A DNA stretch of 37,693 nt, from IMG/VR virus record IMGVR_UViG_3300049139_000136, positions 1 to 37,693 of that record; one strand, 5' to 3'. Below, piece by piece: positions 31,927-37,693 of this stretch. The position numbers were made by a program, and so were the translations under genes. The DNA is from a virus. Its lineage: Duplodnaviria > Caudoviricetes. Below the pieces are notes generated by a model. The model did not search any database. It saw nothing but the letters and a program-made list of their open reading frames with translations, and was not told the DNA's origin. Position 1 is the first letter of the stretch, and each line of letters begins with the position of its first letter.

Positions 31927-33312
31927 CTAGGCGAAGACCGGCGTGACCAGACCGGTACCGCTGATCTTGCGGGCCTGGGCGTACCGGGCGTGGGTGTAAC
32001 CGAAGTAGCCCCACACGACCAGCAGCACGCCCAGGGCGGCGGCGTGCGTCTGCTCGGCGCGGATGAACATCGGCGCTGAGGCGTCCTCCCACAGGTGGCA
32101 CTCCATGCGGTCCACGAGGTAAATCTCGTCCTCGTTGGTGCCCGCGCCCAGGTTGGTGGCGATGTTGTTGTCAACGATCACCGGCGTTCCGTTGGGCAGT
32201 ACGCCGCGTACGCCTCGGCCGTACGCCTCGGCGTAGTTGGCGCCGAGGGTCTGCGCCACGATCCCCGGCTGGGTGATCATCGGCCAGGTGGACGCCATGG
32301 CGGCCTGGAGCCAGTACCACCGGCGGGAGTGCATGACGGCGATGTTCTCGCCGCTGGACTGGTCGAGTAGAGCGGCCTCGACACCGGAAAGACCCTCGAT
32401 GATCTTCGGGTAGGCCTCGGCCGCGGTCGGGTCGGCGTCGGTGTAGGTGACTGCGGTGGCCACCGCGGAAAGCCCGGTCGTGGCCTGCGTGATCAACGTC
32501 GAGTCCAGCGTGGTGGCGTACCGGCGGAACAGGTCATCCATCACAATGGCCTCGATGCCGGTCCCGCGCTCGATCGCCTGGCGGGAGATCGTCTGCTGAC
32601 CGGCCGCGGTCTGCACGGGGATCGACAGAATGGTGTCGTCCATGTCGGTCTCGTCAACCGCCGTGTTCTGCGTGGCCTGGAGATCGGTGGACGTGGCGGT
32701 GGTGATGCGGGAGATCTCCACCGTCATGCCCTGGGCGGGCAGCTGGTGTCCCCTGATCGCGTCGGCGAACGGCCGGCGAGCAGCCACCGCGGGCGCGTAC
32801 AGATCGGTGAGGTACTGCGGCACGACCAGGCCCGCGAACGCGCCCGTGCCCACAGCGCGCTGGAGGTACTCCGCGCGCTCCACCCGCTCCTCGGCCATGT
32901 GCCGCGCGAGGCGGCTCTGCGCCTCGTAGTCGCCCAGGAACGCGGCGGCCACGTCGCGCTCGAACGCGGCGCCGCGCGGGTCCTGATCCTGGCGGTAGGT
33001 GCGCTCCTCGGCGCCGACCCGAACGCGGCGGTCCTGGCCAGGCACTGGAACATCGGTCGGCGTGAGGCGCTGCGAGAGCGCCGCGATTTCCTCCTCACGC
33101 GCCTGCTCGGCCTCCAGCGCGGCCAGCGCCTCCTGGCGTCGGGTCACCTCGGCGTCTGCGGCGTCGCGGGCGTCGCGCCGCTCGGCCACGGCCTCCTCGG
33201 TCAGGTTCGGGTCTTCCCGCAGCGCCATCAGGGAGTCCTGGGCCTGCGTGCGTGCCGTGATGGCGCCCTGGAGCGCGGTACGGGCCTGCTCGATCATCTG
33301 TGCGAGCGTCAT
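31927..33312 (-). CDS. Major capsid protein (HK97 fold, N-terminal coiled-coil delta domain)
   Basis: AGGAG RBS at ATG 33312; GLVVPQYL, AGQQTISRQAIER, AVMHSRRW, GTPVIVDNNI. Confidence 0.88.
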   Translation of the reverse strand: MTLAQMIEQARTALQGAITARTQAQDSLMALREDPNLTEEAVAERRDARDAADAEVTRRQEALAALEAEQAREEEIAALSQRLTPTDVPVPGQDRRVRVGAEERTYRQDQDPRGAAFERDVAAAFLGDYEAQSRLARHMAEERVERAEYLQRAVGTGAFAGLVVPQYLTDLYAPAVAARRPFADAIRGHQLPAQGMTVEISRITTATSTDLQATQNTAVDETDMDDTILSIPVQTAAGQQTISRQAIERGTGIEAIVMDDLFRRYATTLDSTLITQATTGLSAVATAVTYTDADPTAAEAYPKIIEGLSGVEAALLDQSSGENIAVMHSRRWYWLQAAMASTWPMITQPGIVAQTLGANYAEAYGRGVRGVLPNGTPVIVDNNIATNLGAGTNEDEIYLVDRMECHLWEDASAPMFIRAEQTHAAALGVLLVVWGYFGYTHARYAQARKISGTGLVTPVFA

Positions 33313-33553
33313 AGCTCGATCTCCTGTCGTGCGTGATCGGATGTGACGCCCCGCCAGTCCAGGACAGACGGCCACCCGAGGCGATAGCGCCGGATGGGCT
33401 CGTGCGCGCGGTGCGCGAGGCAATGCACCGTCCGGGGGAGTAGTCCCGGACGGGAGTAGTGGGGGCCCTGCTCGACCCGACCGCACGGGGTCAGGTGTGG
33501 GTGCGGCGGCCGAGCAGGGCGCGAACCCGCCCAACGGCGGGTGCTTGGAAAGG

Positions 33554-34219
33554 TCAGCGGGCGAGCGCGAGTTCCAGCAGCGCGCGGGCCCGGCTCGACT
33601 CGGCCGGCCGAGCGCGTACGCCCGACTCGGTGTGAGGGTTGGCGCCGTAGCCGACGATCGCCACGTCGCCCCGGTGGATGTCGTACCGGGTGATCCGGTA
33701 CTCCTCGTAGTCGGGCGACCATTGGCCGGCCTCGATCCGGAACGCGAACGACATCTCATCGACCAGGCCCGCGCGGAGCTTGGGCACGATGTACGCCACG
33801 TCGTGATCGGCCATGTCCAGGGCGGCGGCGTGCACGCGCAGACCGGTCTCGTCCTCGGCCAGGGTCAACGTCCCATTGGTCGTGCGGGCGATCCGCCGTA
33901 GCTGATCGTGCTGGAGCACGAGCGGCACGTCCAGGTCAGCGCGGGCAAGCGAGTCGGCGCCGGCGCCGGCCGAGACAACCTCGGTGTATGGGCCGTACCA
34001 GTCCCACATGGTGTATCCGCGCTCGTACACCGTGGCGTAGCCGTCGAACTCGACCGTTCCGGCCGAGGGGTCGGCGGCGGCCCTGATCTCGATCTGGGCG
34101 GGCACCAGGGCGGCCGCTCGGGCTCCCTGCTGCTCGGCGCATCGGCGCTGCGATGGCCGGTCTGATCGCTGCCGTACGTTGCGGGCGCGCTCGGCCGCGG
34201 CGGCGGCTCGATCATTCAT
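33554..34219 (-). CDS. HK97-family prohead protease
   Basis: FDGYATVY, LVLQHD, EMSFAF, DVAIVGYGANP. Confidence 0.88.
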   Translation of the reverse strand: MNDRAAAAAERARNVRQRSDRPSQRRCAEQQGARAAALVPAQIEIRAAADPSAGTVEFDGYATVYERGYTMWDWYGPYTEVVSAGAGADSLARADLDVPLVLQHDQLRRIARTTNGTLTLAEDETGLRVHAAALDMADHDVAYIVPKLRAGLVDEMSFAFRIEAGQWSPDYEEYRITRYDIHRGDVAIVGYGANPHTESGVRARPAESSRARALLELALAR

Positions 34220-35429
34220 TCGTCGGTCCTCCTGCCGAGGCGGTGGTGGGTTGCGTGCGGGCGGCGCCGAACAGCCGGTCGAACTCGGCGAGCTGCTCGG
34301 CGGTGAGCGGCGCCAGGTCTTCCAGGGCTCGCGCCTCGTTCGGCGTCAGCGTCCGGGAGTTGATCCGTGCCGCGATGGTGCGGGCGCGGGCCTCGGGGTC
34401 CATCGCCAGCAGCGCCGAGCGGTTGAGCTTGACGTAGCGCGGCCCGGGAACCATGCCGCGGGTCAACGCATCCTCGCGGCGGCTCACGGCCGGCCCAAGG
34501 TTCATGATCAGAAATTGCAGGTTGCGTTGCGTCATGCTCGCGTAGGTGATGCTGCCGGTGGACACTGCCGCGTCGATCAGGTCGGACGGCACGCCGAAGA
34601 ACCGCGCAATGTCGGTCAGCGAGAACTCTCGGGCCTCGATGAACTCGGCATCCTTGGCTACCGACTGGATCGGCTTGTACTCCCAATCGTTGCCGTGCAC
34701 GAAGAGATCACCGTTGGCAACGCTCGCTTTGAAATGATCTTTAGCGATCTGGGCGTCTTTCCTATCGATCTTCTTCGCGGTGTTCTTCAGCTCCGCGAGC
34801 GGCACGGCGCCGCCGGCGAACCATTCCCGCGCGAACTTCTGGGCGTTCAACGCCTCCTCGATCGACCACGCCGCATACGCCACCGGCGACAGCCCGAGCG
34901 GCAGGCCCGCTACGGTGAACTGCTTCTCGTGCCACACGTCCCACGGGTCGTACTCAACGCCCGCAATCACGTACTTGACGATCTCGGCGCCGCGGGCGCG
35001 CACGGTCACGTCACCGAGCGCCACCAGCTCCACCCTGGCGGGCAGGAACCGCCCGTCAGGGCCCTTGACGCCCGAGCGGGCGGTGATCAGCCCGAACGCG
35101 TTCCCCGCCCGGTCCACGTCGATCTGGGAGCTGTACAGCCACTCCTGAATCCCGACCCGATCGCCACCAGGGGAGATCAGCACCGGCGGCGTGGCCACCT
35201 CGACCTGAACCCCGTTGATCCGCCGGTAGACGTCCACCGGCATCGTGGAGATCAGGTCAGCGCGTAGCCGCAGGCACGCCCACACGGCGCTGTGCCGCAT
35301 CGCTGTGTCGTTGGTGACCACCACCCCGCCCGGGTCGCGTATGCCGCGCTGGAGCCGTAGCAGCTCCTCGGCGGTGGTGATGTTCGCGTCACGCTGCCAA
35401 TAGCCGCGGATCTTGGACAGTACGCCCAC
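34212..35429 (-). CDS. HK97-family portal protein
   Basis: SAVWACLRL, GLSPV, IARFFGVP, TPNEAR. Confidence 0.92.
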   Translation of the reverse strand: MGVLSKIRGYWQRDANITTAEELLRLQRGIRDPGGVVVTNDTAMRHSAVWACLRLRADLISTMPVDVYRRINGVQVEVATPPVLISPGGDRVGIQEWLYSSQIDVDRAGNAFGLITARSGVKGPDGRFLPARVELVALGDVTVRARGAEIVKYVIAGVEYDPWDVWHEKQFTVAGLPLGLSPVAYAAWSIEEALNAQKFAREWFAGGAVPLAELKNTAKKIDRKDAQIAKDHFKASVANGDLFVHGNDWEYKPIQSVAKDAEFIEAREFSLTDIARFFGVPSDLIDAAVSTGSITYASMTQRNLQFLIMNLGPAVSRREDALTRGMVPGPRYVKLNRSALLAMDPEARARTIAARINSRTLTPNEARALEDLAPLTAEQLAEFDRLFGAARTQPTTASAGGPTNE

Positions 35430-35439
35430 GGTCTGCCTC

Positions 35440-36951
35440 CTATCCGAAGCTGTCTGCCACGTCGTAGTCCTCCTCCACCAGGTGAGCGCGAGCCAGCCAC
35501 GCCCACCGGGCGAGCGTCACGCACACCAGCGGCGAGATGTCCACGGTGGACGTGCGCCGAGCCCACGCCCACGCATCGCCGAGCGGGCGCGTTGCGGCGC
35601 CCTTGATGGCGTCGGCCAGGATCGTCTGGCCGATGTGGTGGAACTCGGCGTCGCGCACGGCGTCGGCGAGTTGGCCGCACGCGGCGGCCACGTCGCGGGC
35701 GGTGGGAATGGCCAGGTCACCGTATTCGGGTTCGTCCAGGTCAGCGGGTGTGACGATCGGCGGGTCGAGCTTGCCGAGCGGCTCCACCATCGTCACGGCC
35801 GGCCCGGCGGTGTCGATGCCGATGGCGACCGGGTTCCAGCGGTCGCGCAGCCTGGCCAGCTCGGGCACGATCCATGACGTGCCCGGCCGCTGCTCGATGA
35901 TCTCGGCGTGGCCCTTACCGTCCTCCCGCAGCCCGTACACGCCGATGCACGCCGAATCGCGCGACGGCGTGATGTCGACCGCGAACGCCATCGCCCCGAC
36001 CCTCTTGGACTCGGCGTCCATGATCTGCTCCCACGCCTTGATGTCGAGCACCCGAGGGCCCTCACCAGCGCGAGGCAGCCACGCGCCGAGGCGCTCCATG
36101 CAGAACGTGACCGTGGGCCCGAGGCCCGAGGGTTTCACCTCGTCTTCCACGGTCTCCTCGGCGATCCGAATGCCCAGAGACGGGTTTGCCGCGCGCCACC
36201 GGCGGCGGTCGGTAGCCGCGGCGCGTACCTCGGCCGCGTCCGCGAGGTTGATGTCCTGCCCCCAGTCGAAATGCGCGAGCCGCTCGGCGCCGGCCTCGCC
36301 GTCGTCGCGCAGCCCGTAGCACCACGCGGCAGGGTCATCGGGCGGCGTGCCGCAGATCCACATCTGGTGGTTCGGTCGCGCCGAGAGCGTGGGCAGCATC
36401 GCCGCCATGATCTCGGCAGTCAACGCCTGCCCCTCGTCCAGGATCACGCAATCCCCGCTGAACCCTCGGCCGGAGTTCTTGGACCTGGCCACGAACCGCA
36501 GACGGCCCCCGCCGGCGGCGCGGGTCAGCTCTATCCCCTGCTCGCCGTTGGCCTGCCACACGCGAGCGACGCGCTTGGACAGGTAGGCCGATCCCTCGAT
36601 CAGGCCACGGATGCGGAGAAAACCTTCCTGGGCGGTCTTGTACTCGTGCGCGCTGTGGAGAATCAGGCGTTCCCCGCCGAGGAACAGCCCCCACAGCTCA
36701 CGCGCCTCTAGACAGCCCCCCTTTCCGTTCTGTCTTGGCACCCACAGCGACACCTTGGGCGCGGCCCACTTCCCGTCAGCGCGTTCCCCCAGCGAGTGCG
36801 TGAGCACGTGCTGTTGCCAGGGGTCCAGGTGTAGGCCCGCCTCGGCGGCCAGGTCGATCGCCTCCTGGCCGGCCGAGCTGACGTAAGCGGGGTAGTGGTC
36901 AACCCGAGGCTTCTGCGCGCCTCTGCGCACGCTTGGCGGCGAGATCGTCAA
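35440..36951 (-). CDS. terL: Terminase large subunit
   Basis: LDPWQ, PRQNGKG Walker A, GRGFSGD.VILDEGQ, AANPSLG, FAVDI, DISPL. Confidence 0.92.
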   Translation of the reverse strand: MTISPPSVRRGAQKPRVDHYPAYVSSAGQEAIDLAAEAGLHLDPWQQHVLTHSLGERADGKWAAPKVSLWVPRQNGKGGCLEARELWGLFLGGERLILHSAHEYKTAQEGFLRIRGLIEGSAYLSKRVARVWQANGEQGIELTRAAGGGRLRFVARSKNSGRGFSGDCVILDEGQALTAEIMAAMLPTLSARPNHQMWICGTPPDDPAAWCYGLRDDGEAGAERLAHFDWGQDINLADAAEVRAAATDRRRWRAANPSLGIRIAEETVEDEVKPSGLGPTVTFCMERLGAWLPRAGEGPRVLDIKAWEQIMDAESKRVGAMAFAVDITPSRDSACIGVYGLREDGKGHAEIIEQRPGTSWIVPELARLRDRWNPVAIGIDTAGPAVTMVEPLGKLDPPIVTPADLDEPEYGDLAIPTARDVAAACGQLADAVRDAEFHHIGQTILADAIKGAATRPLGDAWAWARRTSTVDISPLVCVTLARWAWLARAHLVEEDYDVADSFG

Positions 36952-37153
36952 TGGGGTCCACCTCCGCCCCTGGGAGCGCCTCGATCGCGTCGAGCACGGC
37001 CCGCAGCTCCTTCGCCACCGCGGCGGCGGCCTGCCCCTTGGACCTGGCCAGCTCGGCCGCGAGGCGGTTTCGGATCGCCTCCAGCGCCGTACGCATGTCG
37101 CCCTGCACGGCGCCGGTCACGTCGGGCGGCGGGATCTCGTTCTGACGACCCAT
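36899..37153 (-). CDS. terS: Terminase small subunit
   Basis: GDMRTALEAIRNRLA...KELRAVL...DPIDDLAAKRAQR; directly upstream of terL. Confidence 0.75.
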   Translation of the reverse strand: MGRQNEIPPPDVTGAVQGDMRTALEAIRNRLAAELARSKGQAAAAVAKELRAVLDAIEALPGAEVDPIDDLAAKRAQRRAEASG

Positions 37154-37225
37154 GACGACCTCCAGGCGTACGGTTGGCGGTGGACCTTCCGGGAACAGGG
37201 CCCGCCGAACTACTCCGGGAGGTCC

Positions 37226-37507
37226 TCACTCGTCTGATGGCTCGGGAACCACCGTGCTCTGCCGCAGTTCGGCCAGCGCGTTGAGCGCCGCCTTGGCCGC
37301 GGCGCCCGAGGCCACGATGACCACTCGGCCGGTCGGCTCGAACTGGCGCCACCCGTCCGGCGTCGGGTCGATCTCGCGGTCTTCCCCCACGACGAATAGG
37401 CCCGGCGGTAGGAGATCGAACACGCGCCGCAGATGCGCGAACGCGGTACGGCTCTGCCACTCGTGGCGGCGGCGCGCGATGTGGTGCTGAAGGTCTTCCG
37501 GCATCAT
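37226..37507 (-). CDS. Hypothetical protein
   Basis: GGAGG RBS, ATGA coupling. Confidence 0.6.
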   Translation of the reverse strand: MMPEDLQHHIARRRHEWQSRTAFAHLRRVFDLLPPGLFVVGEDREIDPTPDGWRQFEPTGRVVIVASGAAAKAALNALAELRQSTVVPEPSDE

Positions 37508-37693
37508 GCGCCGAGCACCTCCCGCAGCTTGGCCACGGCCTCCTCGGCGCGCTTGCGCCGCTGAGCCGGCGCTCCGGAGTCGCAGCACGCCTCCCGCGTC
37601 CACGGGTACGGGAACCCCCTCGGGTCCGTGCGGTTGCCGTGGTACGGGCAGCGCTCGGGCAACGCGTCCAGCGCCTTGGCGAGCGCGCCGAGG
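37504..37693 (-). CDS. C-terminal fragment of a hypothetical protein (LGALAKALDALPERCPYHG...EACCDSG...REVLGA)
   Basis: Open from window end to TGA at 37506-37504, coupled to the next ATG. Confidence 0.55.
   Translation of the reverse strand, partial: LGALAKALDALPERCPYHGNRTDPRGFPYPWTREACCDSGAPAQRRKRAEEAVAKLREVLGA

Larger units (their letters stand above)
1..37693. mobile_element. Actinomycete siphovirus phage-plasmid with TraB-type conjugation module
   Basis: Complete morphogenesis/lysis set, autonomous replicon, resolvase-like recombinase and tra/clt/spd cluster; no recognisable host chromosomal genes. Confidence 0.8.

Overview
High-GC actinobacterial element that looks like a near-complete, circularly permuted ~37.7 kb temperate siphovirus genome which is also a conjugative plasmid. 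Minus strand 19328-37693 plus 1-1125 carries a full virion and lysis set: HNH, TerS/TerL, HK97-type portal, protease and capsid, head-tail proteins, two paralogous tail-tube genes, a frameshifted tail assembly chaperone, tape measure, minor tail proteins, amidase and holin. Minus strand 1364-13160 carries early/accessory genes: a Cre-like tyrosine recombinase, a DpdA-like deazaguanine DNA-modification enzyme, and a Prim-Pol plus helicase-like replicon followed by an iteron-type origin. Where an integration/immunity cassette would normally sit there is instead a plus-strand Streptomyces-plasmid-type transfer module: divergent HTH regulator, small membrane ORFs, traA, traB, a GTGACACC-repeat clt-like locus, an SpdB2-like protein and a 34-bp tandem array. 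All functional calls come from motif recognition by eye; no searches were run and the host genus cannot be assigned.
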